Notes under the pieces: model-generated
Told to the model about the DNA's origin: nothing
Seen by the model: the letters and a program-made list of their open reading frames with translations, nothing else
Database searches by the model: none
Assembly: GCA_010093815.1 (NCBI GenBank)
Contig: ML996566.1
Origin: Pseudovirgaria hyperparasitica
Lineage: Eukaryota
Reading direction: 5' to 3' (one strand)
DNA: 64,000 nucleotides
Part shown: in pieces, positions 50,993 to 63,828 of the stretch
Layout: every line of letters begins with the position of its first letter
Numbering within the stretch: the first letter of the stretch is position 1
Made by a program: the position numbers and the translations under genes

Positions 50993-51944
50993 CTGTGCGG
51001 TTCAACGATATACACTTTTCATAATTACCATTTTGAGACCTGCTGGAGCCAATGAGGATCGAGTCTGCTTTGGAAAGAAAACAATGAATAGCGGGGAGGG
51101 GGGAGGGGGGCGCGCCGGGCAGGGGCAAGCTCCAGATTGCCACAGCATTGCTTGCTTGTTCACTTGCGGCGGGCCGCTCCTGCCTATTCAGAGATGTTGT
51201 TTCACGTTATATGTCACATGGTCGTGCGTCAGTCGCTATTGACGAGTCTATTGCTTGTCATGTTCTATAGAATCAGTGGTTGAGTCACCAACACTCCGAT
51301 GGGATGTTATTTAGTGGCCAGCGACGAGGATTTTGATACTATCAGTTCGTTCTAGTCCTCTTGAATGAAAGTGGGATGATGGAGCACATTGTGAGTACTA
51401 TTACGTATGAGAGCATCACGTCCATGGGGACGCATCATGAGGCTCAAACCCCTCACATATGACAGGATGGTTCGGCAGACGTGAAGACTGTAACAGAGCA
51501 TGGCAGCAGAATAGATCAACATGGAGCAAGCATAATAGCTCTTTTCACTGGTCATTACTCAGTCTTCAGACTCCTCAGTCTACCCTTACTATTGTTTTAA
51601 CATATCAGCAGGACTATTGTGAAGGGCATGTTATGCTTCCAATAAGGACCGGCTTTCTTCCTGTATCCCTCCACCCGCATTGGCGGTGTGCGACGAAGAG
51701 GTTTATTGAATAGGGCATGACGGGACCCATTCACTCGAAAGCTGCCAGCCAGATTTGGCCAGCTAGTTGTATATCATGAAGCTTCCTGTCTTATCTCTAC
51801 GAAGTTCCTCAACACCCATTTCTTGTCTTCGAGCCATACTCGAAGCTTCCAGTTTCTGATCACCTTTGCTACTACTAAAGACTCACATCCATCTTCCGAA
51901 TCCATATCTCTCTCATCTGTCGTGCGTGTTATTATTCATCAACC

Positions 51945-52937
51945 ATGGGTCACAATCAGACAGCTTCAGTCCCCCTCAAGACTCCCCAGCCAGTCGAGAA
52001 GAAAGATTCGACACCCAAGCCTGTCATCCGCATGCCAATCCGAAAATCAGGAGTGCAGATCACCTACCCAGGCCAACTCCCCCCGAATGCACCGAAAGGA
52101 GCAATCGTAGCACCAAGACTGCCACCCCTATTTGCGATCAGAGCTTCGCATATCCCAACAACTCAAGCAATAGAACCCCATACCAATGCCCAAGATGCTC
52201 TAGAAATTCTGGAGCGCATCCAAAACACACCCCTGAAAGACCTTACCATGCGAGACCGCCACGACCTCGTCCGAGGCCCCAAGGTCTCCATCTGTCTTCG
52301 CACGCAGGGCAAAGTCTACATCATGCGCAACATCCCGCGCGCCATGCTGATGTATTTCTCCGAGCTTGCCCGCGAAAGACTGCGGTGCCCCGCCATCATA
52401 TCTCTAGACATCGAGGGTGGCGAGACCGGTGTGCTGGGCAAGTTAATCGAGTACTTTGATCGCACATGCCGGACGAAGAGTGCTTTCAACATGCCTTTGC
52501 CAGAGAAGCTCGCGGATGGTATCAAGCTGTGGGTCATGGCGGGCAGGATCAAAGCGCATGAGACCGATGGTATGCTCAAGAGATCGATATACGCGCGGCT
52601 CGCAGCCTTTGCATTCGACATGGAGGATGTTGCGGCTATTGACAAGCAGTCAAGGTGTCAGGTATTGTTCAACCATGCCATGCACAAAGTCGCGCATCTG
52701 GTGCACCAGAATGAAGGATTTCCCGTACTACAGCAAGCTGCCTTTTTGAAGTTCCTGGAGATGCATCCGCGGGTCCGGCTTGCCATTTTCGAGATCAACG
52801 AGCACAAGAAGCCGGCCAAGCTGGACAGGCTGGTGTGGTGGAAGCGAGACCATAGTGCATGTCCGAAAGGATGTGAGCATAGCAAAACGCCGGAGTCTGA
52901 ACTATTGCAAAGTGGTGGAAATCAAGTCCGGCTGGCC

Positions 52938-53031
<94 letters not shown>

Positions 53032-53042
53032 NNNNNNNNNNC

Positions 53043-53136
<94 letters not shown>

Positions 53137-53459
53137 GCAATGCGAAGTCCAAAACGGCGCCTCAAATCAAGTCCACACTTGCCCCTCCGGCTTCTCCACA
53201 GACCATGACAGCGAAGACAATCACTTTCGGTAGCTTGGTGACTGTCAGACTCCCACCTGCCACCAAAACTCGAGTTCAACCCCCAGTGACGCCTTTGTCA
53301 CCGTTCCCTGACTTCGCTGCTGTCGACCAAAACAAGCTCATAATACCGGATCATGGTATTGATAATAGTGACAATAGTGACAGTAGTGAAAGCTCGGGCT
53401 GGGTGAAAGTATCGGGGAAGGGAATGTCCTGGGCAGATATCGTCGAGGGCGATATATGA
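51945..53459 (+). CDS. Hypothetical protein (possible degenerate BTB-like helical domain) with long poly-Asn tract
   Basis: Intronless 504-codon ORF with good start context (CAACCATGG) and a globular-looking central region; frame kept across the N gap as scaffolded. Confidence 0.7.
52938..53135 (+). repeat. (AAC)n microsatellite spanning an assembly gap
   Basis: 31 perfect AAC units on each side of 10 Ns (53032-53041). Confidence 0.95.
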
Positions 53460-54758
53460 AGACCGTGACGGAAGGAAGGGAGAGAGTGAGAGAGATAAGA
53501 TGACGATCGTTGAACAATTGTCGATGTTATACCGCAAGGACGCAATATAATTGGACGGCAGGTCCGGCAGTTGAAATCCTTTGCCAAGACCACCAACCGG
53601 CACTTTTCTTGGACGTTTTGTTAGGATTTCGGGACTTTGAGATTCTGAATTGAGGCTTCACGACAGGCGAGGCGTAAACCATTAGTCAGACTTCCTATTG
53701 CTGTAGCGGGTGGAATAGCTTGCGACCCACATTGTGCAATTCGCTGTTGTTTCACAAGACAGATCGCTTTTCCTTCTTGTCGTACCTTGCTACTGAAGCC
53801 CACACAATAAACACTGTGTTCCCGTATGTCTCCAAGCCCATCAATCCTGCGTCATATGTGGTGTTGCTACGGGTACCGACTGACAACGAGCCATTCTAAT
53901 CGCATAGCGAGCTAGTATCATCAATAGAGTACTTAGACTTAAACGGTGATCCCAGAGGTGTCGAGAACATACGAGGAGCAAGAATAGGAACATCGAGCTG
54001 CATTGTCTAGTACGCATCGGTGTATATCAAATGGCAGATATGGAAGATAGTAACATCAAGAAACGAAATCATCTTCCTTTCTCAAGTTGGCCGTAGGCTC
54101 CATCCACTGCGTGGGGAGTACGGATAGATGGTAAATATTACATGGTGTAGGTATACAATGCCAACCCTTTCTGGGCATCTTTTATCTGTACAAAAGCCGC
54201 TACTGCGGCAGCAGGAAATCTCTTTTGTCGAGCGCGGCCAAACCCTGCGCTGATTCCCTAGATGTGAATGTGATGTGGGTGAACAAAAGAAATGCTAGGT
54301 GGTAAAACTTCGAAGTGTTCCGCTCCACCCTGTAAATAAAATGCCGCAGATAGTAGCTGAAAGCAGTGGTCTAAGAGGTATCGCCGGGTAGAACAATCTG
54401 GGTAGATGTAGTTGAAAATGAGAACGCAGCTAGGTCTCATGATGACCTGCTTGGGTATGAGGCACTAACAAAGGGAATCGACAAAGGAAACGAGGCCACA
54501 AAGCTATGCTGGAGGAATCGATACCAGGATGCGCCATGGAAATCGTTCGAGAAGAAAATGAAGTAAAGTTGTTAATGAGAGGTTGGAGTCCGGCCGTAAG
54601 TCGGACTCGGCGTGACAAGACTCCTACTGTAGTAGAAGACGGAACGCCTACGGAACGCCGCACCAGATGCTACATGTGAGACGCGACGTGGGAATGCTCA
54701 TGCAAAGCCGTGCCAGACGGTGTGTGCTGTGAAGCTAATTGAACTAGATTGTTCACAG

Positions 54759-57205
54759 CTAGCGGTAGTGTGAGCCAGCGGCAAAGATACTTGCACTTGC
54801 GGTCGCTGCCCAGTCATTTTCGTCGTATGGTGGCGTTGGCCACTTGCTGACAGTCTCATGGTTTTGCGGTGGAGTCTTATGATTATGAATGGTCATTGGT
54901 TTGGTGGGAGTCGTGCAGCAGTCGTGTCCGAAACTGACCTCATTCCGGTTCGCTGAGTGAGAAGGTGTCATATACGAGGCCGCAGGACCTTGTTCAGACA
55001 TTGTATGCGACATGGCTGGGCGTGTTGGCTCATGGGTACCTGGCTTCTGGTGCGAGTGACGGTCAAGACGGCTGGCAGCTTTGTGTGCAGACGTCAACGC
55101 TTCGTCCAGGAGTTCTTCCTCTTCATCTGGTGTTTCATAGCGATGCGTTGGGCCAGGATGCTTCAACGCACGACGAGTGCGACTTGATACCGGAGCACTC
55201 CCATTTGCCACGGGAGGAGGACCGCCGATAGCAGGTTGTTGATGTGGTACAGAATGGTGACGCTTCAGCATGGGATTACTAACAGCCTTTGGTAGCGCCG
55301 CAGCATTTGCTTGAGCAGCCACATCGAGGCTGTATCGTACGCTTTGCAGGGCTTTGTCGAGCTCAGACAAGTCGTTCTGCTGAGGCTGGACGTTGTTGAC
55401 AGCCTGGGAAGTCTCGACAACCATGGATTGCCGGTTGCTAAGATTACCCCAAGGTGCACAACCAGCGCTCGCCTCAATGTCGTCCGAGTTGGGAGACATT
55501 GGGGTCTGATAACGGCCCGAGAATCTCCGAGCACGCTTTCGTAGATGTGAGAAGAAGCCTTCCTTGTGACTGCTTGGGGGTGACATCACGCGGGATTGGC
55601 CATTCAGAGCCCGCTCAGCTTCCTGACGATGGTGATCCGCATAGTGATTGTGCGACTGGACCGATAGCTGGCGTCCAATCTTTTTAGAACCCTTTTCGTC
55701 GACTTCACCTGGTCGCACATTGGCTTGGGCAGTGACAGCAGCAGAGAGAGGTGAGACTGGTCGAATCGATGGTAAGATTGGCATCGGCGCAGCATTGTTG
55801 GGCATGCCGTTTGTCCAGGTAGCACGTTTACTTGCGCTTGGGCGAACTTTCGTCGCAGATGAAGTCGACTCTGGAGCCTGCACATGCACTGGTGATGGAT
55901 TTGGTGACAGAGGTCCCGTGATTGGATTGTGCTGTGGGACGGCTGGTGCGCTTTCGCGGGCGACTAGAGAACGTCTGAACCAAGAAGCCTTCATTCCGTC
56001 ACTGCGGAGATCTGTGCTGCTAATGTCAGAGTGTTTGCGGCCAAGTAGTCGTGAAGCTGACGATTTCGGTCTCAGAGGATCGTAGGCGTCGGCGAAGTAA
56101 GGGTGTCCCAGGGCCTGGGACGATGTAGGTCGACGGGCGGGATCCCACATCAGACACCATGTTACGAAGTTTGCCAGGTCGGAAGGCCATTGCGGCGTAG
56201 ACAGAATCGTCTCCATTGAGTGAGGCGCCATTTTCGGGAATGAGAAACCAAGCTTTTGAGCCAGCTTGACCCCGTCTTTCCATTCTCCACCGCCCACTTC
56301 GACATTCTGTTTGTTAACCCATCTCCCCGGACTTCCCATAATCTCACAAACCCTCCAGACTTGATCAACTTCGTTGCTACCAGGGAAGAGTGGCTTTAAT
56401 GTTGCAATTTCCACGGCCATAGCACCAATGGCCCACACATCGACTGGCGCGGAATATTCACCGGCTCGTAGAAGTACTTCTGGTGCCCTGTACCATCTTG
56501 TTGAGACATAAGTCGTATATGGAAGTTTGGAATGAGTTTCTCGGGCAAGACCAAAATCTGCAATCTTGATTGTGTATGATGGTGGTGTGGAAGGTGGCGT
56601 GACAAGGGCTGAGTATCTCCGGAAAGCGCTTCCTGAGTCCGACTGTGCGGATGTGGATACAAGAATGTTCTCTGGTTTGATATCACGGTGGAAAAAGTCG
56701 TGGTGGTGAATATGTTCCAGTCCAGACATGATTTGGAACAAAATGCTCTTCACACTGCTTCCATCAAGTGGCTTGTGATCTCGCGCCTTCATCAGTTGGT
56801 AAAGGTTTCCGTCCATATATTCCATGGAGATGTGGAGCTTCTTGCTGTAAGGGTCGAGGAAAATATCGAGAGCAGGAACAAGGTGAACATGACTTGGCAG
56901 AGTTCGTAGAAAGATGACTTCTCTGAGTTCTAGACATTGGTTGAAGTGCTCGAATGTCTTCTTCATGGTTTTGATGGCTACCTGAATCAAGAGTTAGTGA
57001 AGTTCCGAATTGCTTCAAGGTCGAAGCATACTAGTGAACCTCTGCGTGCTACATGCGATCCAGCGCTGCGAACACGTCCTAAAACAACACTACCAAAGCT
57101 TCCATCGCCAATCTCCTTCATAATCTCGTATTTGTCCTCCAGACATAGTGGTGCTCGACCACCTTGGGAGTAAACCCGGTGCGTGGGGTCAAACGCGACC
57201 GTCAT
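54759..57205 (-). CDS. IME2: Ime2/Crk1/ImeB-type MAK-family Ser/Thr kinase
   Basis: IGDGSFGSV, VAIKTMKK, LREVIFL, HRDIKPEN, DFGLARE, TTYVSTRWYRAPE (TxY activation motif), long disordered C-terminus. One intron at about 56983-57030. Confidence 0.93.
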
Positions 57206-59332
57206 TGTGGACGTTGTGGATATAAAACCTAGGACGCGACAACGGCTCCTGTGCCCGGAGACGTGCTGTCGAAGCTATCACGTTTACTGGAAGACCGTGT
57301 AAGCGAAGCCACGCGAGACAGCAGTATCCTCAGTATGTATGACTTTGACAATCTATGAGCTCTCGGGGACCATTTCCGTTGACGGATTATCAGCGCCACC
57401 GAGCAGTCCTGTTGGTAGAGGAGTGAAGTAGGTGAGAGGAGGTCCGTTCGGATTGATGTCGATAGGAGATATGCGGAGGCCTAATTCGATGCAAGGTGTG
57501 GAAGATTTAGGAAAAGGAGCGGCAGAAGTTGGTCAAAAGAGGTGTTGATGATGAAGGTCCAAATCCACGGTAAGCGGGTGGGCTTCCGACAGGGTCTCTT
57601 TGACTAGGCGATCAAAGGAATAATAACGTCGAGACCATACCATCCGGCTGGGCGCCGTTGAGAGAGAAGAGGAGATGGTTGTGGACTGTGCGTGAGGCCA
57701 AGAGCCGTGCAGAAAAAGGAGGCTGCACAACTAATCTTCCGCGCTCGGGCATGTACTGACGGTCCGTTGGTGACTAGGCCTCGCCACTAGTCAGGTGAAT
57801 GATTCGCGAAGACGCTTGTCAGATTAAACAGTGATTGCCCTGAAAAGACCGGCGTTATTATTGTCTAGGAAGTTCGTTGATAAACGAATTGTTGAGATCG
57901 TGACTGTAAGTTCGGTGGTTCGTGGTTGAAGGGTTGAAAAGTGAGAGAGCGCGACGACAGTGTCGAGTGGGGGCAGCGCAGCCTCGTAGTAATAGGAAGA
58001 TACAACAGCAAGGGCGCAAGTAGAGCGTCTGGAAGGGGCGCACAAAGATGATACCTTTGCAGACCGGAGATCGACGAAGCCTAGTGGGCGTGGTGATGAG
58101 GCTTGGTTCGGAAAAATCTGGGGACGGAGCAAAGCGTAATGCGCTGGCAAGAGCTTCAAGGCTTGCTCGTCAGCGAGAGCACTTGTACGCAAGGTCTAGA
58201 CACAAGCTGTAGATCAGAATGGAGCGGTGTAAACGTAGACTGGGGCGGTGTAGAAGAACAGAGTGTAGTGTTTGCTGTCGTGGAAGATGCGACAGCTTTT
58301 GCAGGTTGACGTTCGAATTCGCAGTGGGAAGTAGGCTCGCCAGGATGAGCAGGGATGTCGGCCAGTTTAAAGGGGGATCCACCTGTCTGAGCAAGCTCGC
58401 GTTCCTTTTTCCCCCGAGTGTGCGCACGAGCTGTGATGAGCAACGAACAAGAAGCAGGGAGCCTGACGTGCGTGTGGATGTGTGTGTTGTTGGTGTGTGC
58501 GTGGGAGCGAGTGGTGATGAGTGGTGAGTCTTGAGAGCAGAGCTAGACGCGCTAGTCGAGGCGTGAAAAGCAGCGATTGTGAGAGGTATAGGACGCGCGC
58601 ATCGAAGGAATGGACGAGTCGCGAGATTCAAAGTGGCATTAGAGTTGAAAGAGGACAAGGCCAGGGGAAGTGGACTATGGGACGGTGGAGTGGAGCGTAA
58701 AGCGTGACGCGGATGAGGGATGAGAATGGGAATATTAGAGAGGAAATGGAAAGACAGGCTTAGACAGCGTAAGGTAGCCCGCCCGTTTCAGTGTTGCAGG
58801 AGGGCAAAGCTAGCCTCAACGCAGCAACGCGGGGGGGCTGGGGCCGCCATGTTATGGGGGGAATCTGGCCGAGTGCCTACTGAGTGGGCGCCGGCGGACG
58901 GGGCTGAGTGGAGGGAGGTCCGGGAAAGCCAGTGCTAGTCAGCCTGTGCTCACTACCCAGGGTGCCATGAATACTATTATTATTATTATAATTATCATTA
59001 TTCAGCCCAGGTGCAGGTATGTATTGCTATTGCTAGCTAGTCGGGGGTCAAATTAGGTTTGAGACTCTCGACTTTCCACGCCGTGGGATGCCTGGTCTTG
59101 ACTATTTCCACTTTCTTCTGGCCCCCAGCTGTTGCTCTGGACACTTAGCATTCAGCATTCAGCATTCAGCAGACAGTAGACAGTAGACAGGAGAACAAGT
59201 AATCATCTGCAGTAATCACCTTGCCTTGCAGTCGAGAAGTAGCATCGGGCATGTAAGGCCTGCAAAAGGGGCTGCTGTACCGCCTGCTGCACTGCTGAGG
59301 CTGCTGCTGCTGTAGGTGTGCTGCGTGCCTAC

Positions 59333-59333
<1 letters not shown>

Positions 59334-59429
<96 letters not shown>
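59334..59429 (+). repeat. (TAC)32 microsatellite
   Basis: 32 perfect TAC units in the intergenic region upstream of IME2. Confidence 0.95.
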
Positions 59430-62400
59430 GTACGGGACCTTGAGGAAAGAGCCACCCGCCATGTGCATGAGACGTGCAACAGAACAGGTAAGATGGGAAG
59501 GCACGCTCCGCCCTTGCGCCGTTCCTGGACTACTCCAGGCATACGCCCAAGTAATAGTTACAGGTACCTGGGTAGTGCCTGCCTAACCATAGTACAGGTC
59601 ATTTCCCTCTTTACTTGTTTCTCTCTTTCTTTACTGCCTATACTGGAACTGGAAGTCTGCACTTCCTACAAGGCTAGAAGGTTCTCTTGTACCGGACTTT
59701 CATTCGCATATAATTCTCACGTTACATGGACGCCGCTTAAAAGTTCTTTACCTTTACTGGCTGAAATTGGAGAACTTAGCGTCGTTAATTGGCTATAGTC
59801 TACTGTCTACCTGGCCCGTGCCTTCTTTTCCATTGTGCTCATTTAATCCTCTGCCCCTTGGCTTGCACATTTATTTTTGTGCACCCACATCCCTTCATGC
59901 TTACGCTCTAAATTACGCTACGCCTTAAGTTGTTGTTTCCGTCCGTCAGCGGCGTTGTTATGTTCTCTTTCCTTTTAAAATGACCTTTCTCTTTCATGAC
60001 TCAGCCCATGTCTAATCCCCATATCAGCCATCCCCTTTTATCACGCCACACACTGCTTCTCGACTTCTATCAGCGCTATGCTTGCTCACGGTAAGCTGAC
60101 GAAGATGTGTCCATGTGCGTCCGTTGCGCGACCGAGTCAAACACGGCAGTAAAAGCGACCGTTGTCGACGTAGTGTATGCACACAGGGTCAAGTAACGGG
60201 CGGCCACGTTGTTTCCTGTTCTCCTGCCGCGTCCATTCCTCTAGCTACAAAGACGCGCGCCATTCCTTTCCAGTAAGCTCCAATTCTTCCAAGTTAGCCT
60301 GCTTGGGCTGTAAGCTGGCCTGTTCGCCGGATCAGGCTGAGAATGGCGGGCATATCCTTGCTGATAGCCAATCGACACGCCGTCTGAACTCCACCGCAAC
60401 ACCTCGATTGATCCTCTCATCTAACGGCCACAAGCTTTGAATATCGGCCCTCGGTTGCATTGCCCCCTGACTATCTTCTGATCTGATTGGGTGGTTTTAC
60501 TACCCCAGTCTAGCGTCCTTGTCCGTCCGTTTCCCATTGGATCACAGCAGGTCTTCAGTACGGATGGCGGACGCGGAAGAACGGCAGGCGACTCCCATCC
60601 ACTGAGAGTGAATCCGTCACCACTGCAGCAGTGACATTTTCTTGCGCGAGTCATCGTAACTAATTGTTATATGGTCGAATATGGTGGGAACGATACGATT
60701 AGGCGCCATTTGGAACTTGCAATTTACATACGTCTCCTGTCAAGGGTGCGTTAGGGTTAATGCCCAACCTTCTCCACCGGCACCAAGACTGCGGTACATC
60801 TTACTACTCCCACGAGCCGAGAGAGCAGTACGACGTTTTATGTACAAGCATCATGCCACGATTACTAGGTCCTGGACCTGTCTGTGTCCATGTCATTACC
60901 AACAAATCTTTTGAAATCGCGCCAATGCTTTGATAGGGCTGTTTGACAGGGAGTGATCCTTGAACCTCCGTGTGCCGTCCGCTGTCAGCTTGTAACGCGG
61001 GTCAACCCGCCACCGCTGGTTCCCGTGAACCAGACCCGGACGCAGCAATAATATGGCGTATTATTATGGCATCGGCATGTGCTACTACCTAAGACACAGC
61101 ATATCCGCACAATATTCAAATTCAAGCTAGCGGTCTATACAGTACGTCAATAGTTTGTCGAGAGCATCCCACTGACTGTCGTAGTACAGTATAGACATGT
61201 ATCATGGCTACGTCAATTCTTGATGGTGCATGATTCGCACTCCGACGCAGAACGCGGGCTGTTCGATAGAAGTCCGGGAAACACTTGCTCCCGAGACATC
61301 TAACTCGCAAAAAGCCCATGCAGTTTGCATGTCGGGCATGCTCTATGCTTACATGCATGGCGACTGTGAGGCTATTTTTAATATCTGCCATGAGGCTACT
61401 GCGCGCTCTCGCCTCATTCTGACATAGCCACCGGAGGTAGCTGTGTAATACCCGACAGAACGCCGTTGACATACATGACGCGCATGAACGTGTGTCCCTG
61501 TTACTCAAACAAGACGCTGCGTCGTTCTGCATATACTTGGTCATCCAATGAATTGAGAATAGTGGTCCCTGGGAGAGACGTGCTTATGATACACCTGAAG
61601 TGAAACTCACTCCGTTCGGATCCCGCTGCAGGCAGGTAGTTTCATGCCACACATCGCGTCTCCACGCAGAACGCATCGCAGCCAAGACGCTCGCCTTAGG
61701 AAGTTTTGCTATGTCTATGAGCAGTCCAGACTCTATTTCCAAATGGCCCCACCAGCCTTGTTTTATGTCTCGCATTGCAAGTCATGGCGGTCTTCATTCA
61801 TGTCCCCGATCTTTCGGGAAGAAGTCTAGTTGTCGATAAATTCCGTGACGTGCCGGAAGCTAAGGCTCCTACAGCAGTATCGTGGAGTCCGTGAAGTCGA
61901 TAGTGGAACGTTGTCGGGTGGTCGTCAGTGTTGCGTCACGTCTGTCCATTGCCGCAACTTCTCCATCTGACATTGTTTAGATCTGCCTTGATCTGCGTCG
62001 CTGATTTTATATGCAAGAGCAAGCAATCATGAACGACCACCATGACACGAACAGAACCTTCCCAGCTCTTTGTCGAAATGGCATAGACAAATCTGAACTA
62101 TACAGCCCACCGTAGCCAGACCTCCAGGTATGTACGACGTTCAAGGAACCCTTTCAGAGCTCTCTCCGTCTGTTCATATCTCTCATTCCGCTTATACACC
62201 ACTTCTGTCATGCGGCGTTCCGCCACATTGCATTAGAAGCTGCCATACGTTCAGCATCATTTTTTCGAAATCGATTGGTGATGGGCAAGTAATATAGTGT
62301 GCACCGTGGCTGGTATCTGGTATAGGTAGACGAGTAGATCGCTCCTCTTTGGCATAGGTGTCATATAACACGGCGTATTGAAGATGTTTTCGTAACATAC

Positions 62401-63828
62401 AGCGCTGGAAAGAGAAGAAAAGAAGACAAAAGAGGTAGTTGACAAGGTCACTTAGGTATATACCTATTAAAGCCGGGGGCATGAGCTCAGGTCGAGCATC
62501 CATCCATACACCTTGCAGGTTGAACTATGCCTCGGTCAATGTCCTCTGGCTACCTCCCTGGTTGCTTCCATGCACTACATACACTATCCATGTGGACTGA
62601 CGGTTAGACATCGAGATACTTCAGATACTCATACTCAAAGATTCGAGGCAAACTGTGGTGCAGACTGGGGGTATATGATGTCATGTATGTATATACATGT
62701 ACATACTAGGTATAGTATAGTATATATACACAGCTCAGTTCTCGCCAACATGCGGACTATCACGTCCTAATCAGACTTCCCAATTCGTGTTACTAACTCG
62801 TGATCTTCGTTCTCAGACGACTTCTACTTCTCATCGTCGCAACAGACTTCTCCATACGTTTGCTGCTACGCCAATTAGGGTGTACCAGTAAGATTGATGT
62901 AAGGATCGCTCTCAGCTCTTGCCCTACCCCTGCTCCACTCAAGTTCCTCTATGTTCAGTTCGTATCCATTTACTTTTCCCTTCTTCCGGTTAGACCCTCT
63001 TGTAATCACTCACAATGTCAAATCAGCGGCGAAGTAGACAGCAGCCCTAACAACGGCGGCCATCAAGAGATCAGCGGAATTTGCGAGTAACCCGCCGATA
63101 CATCTGCTGCTGCCAGCCCTGTGAACGGTAGGTTGGGGAGGAGACTTGGAATATAAGCTGAATGGCTGCGCGAGGGATCCTGGTCTCGGAAGGTAAGGCT
63201 TTCACGGCGTATGCGCCGGCGGCGACGCAGACGGATGTGCCAGGTGAATTTGATCAAAAAGAAAAATAAAGAGAGGCAAACGAGAGAAGAGATTCCTGAA
63301 TGAAGGTAGGAATGGGAAGCATGCATATACAGACTGGTATGATTGGATCATATATATACATATATACATACCTGCTAGGTTGCTGTTGCTACAAAGATAC
63401 GCTAAAAGATCTCAAGGTGTTGAGCATTTTTGTCTGCGTATCTTGCTCGCCCAGACAGACCTTCGGCTCAGAATGTGTGGAGGAGGATTGGATAGGGGGT
63501 AATAGTGCTCTTACATCTTCAGTACCTTGCCAACAGTGTACGACAGGGAGCTGCCCATGGTCGAGCTTGACTTGACCGAGATTTTTACTCTTATATTCCT
63601 TAGTGACTCGGTAGATTATCTAATTGTGAGCTTGTCGTATGTATGCTCACTTTGGGTGGACTGTCTGGTTCGTCAGGCGGTGGGTGTACCAAACCTATCA
63701 GACATTGCCAGGGCCTCCTGATGCACTCCATGCGCCTGGGCACCTTGAGAATTGGACCTATCCGGAAGATTCCACGGATGGCGTTGAATTTGCATGTTTT
63801 TGATTTATAGGCAAATCGGTTCCTCGCT

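Noticed and set aside
174..57173. Many antisense or overlapping ORFs of 60-230 codons inside real genes
   Set aside because: Shadow ORFs typical of roughly 50% GC coding DNA, mostly with non-ATG starts and no domains.
52780..59798. Poly-Thr, poly-Val, poly-Leu and poly-Tyr ORFs
   Set aside because: Alternative-frame readouts of the (AAC)n and (TAC)n microsatellites with no other coding features.
60750..60760. TAACCCTAAC on the minus strand in the largest gene-free region, resembling a telomerase RNA template
   Set aside because: A 9-10-mer has a reasonable chance of occurring in 128 kb of both strands. I found no convincing pseudoknot, CR4/5 element or Sm site plus 5' splice site downstream on that strand. 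A covariance-model search would settle it.
60330..60975. GCTGAGA and CCTTGAACCT fragments resembling a TPP riboswitch
   Set aside because: The fragments are about 600 bp apart, the GATC..TAAT..GCG continuation is absent, and no thiamine gene is nearby.
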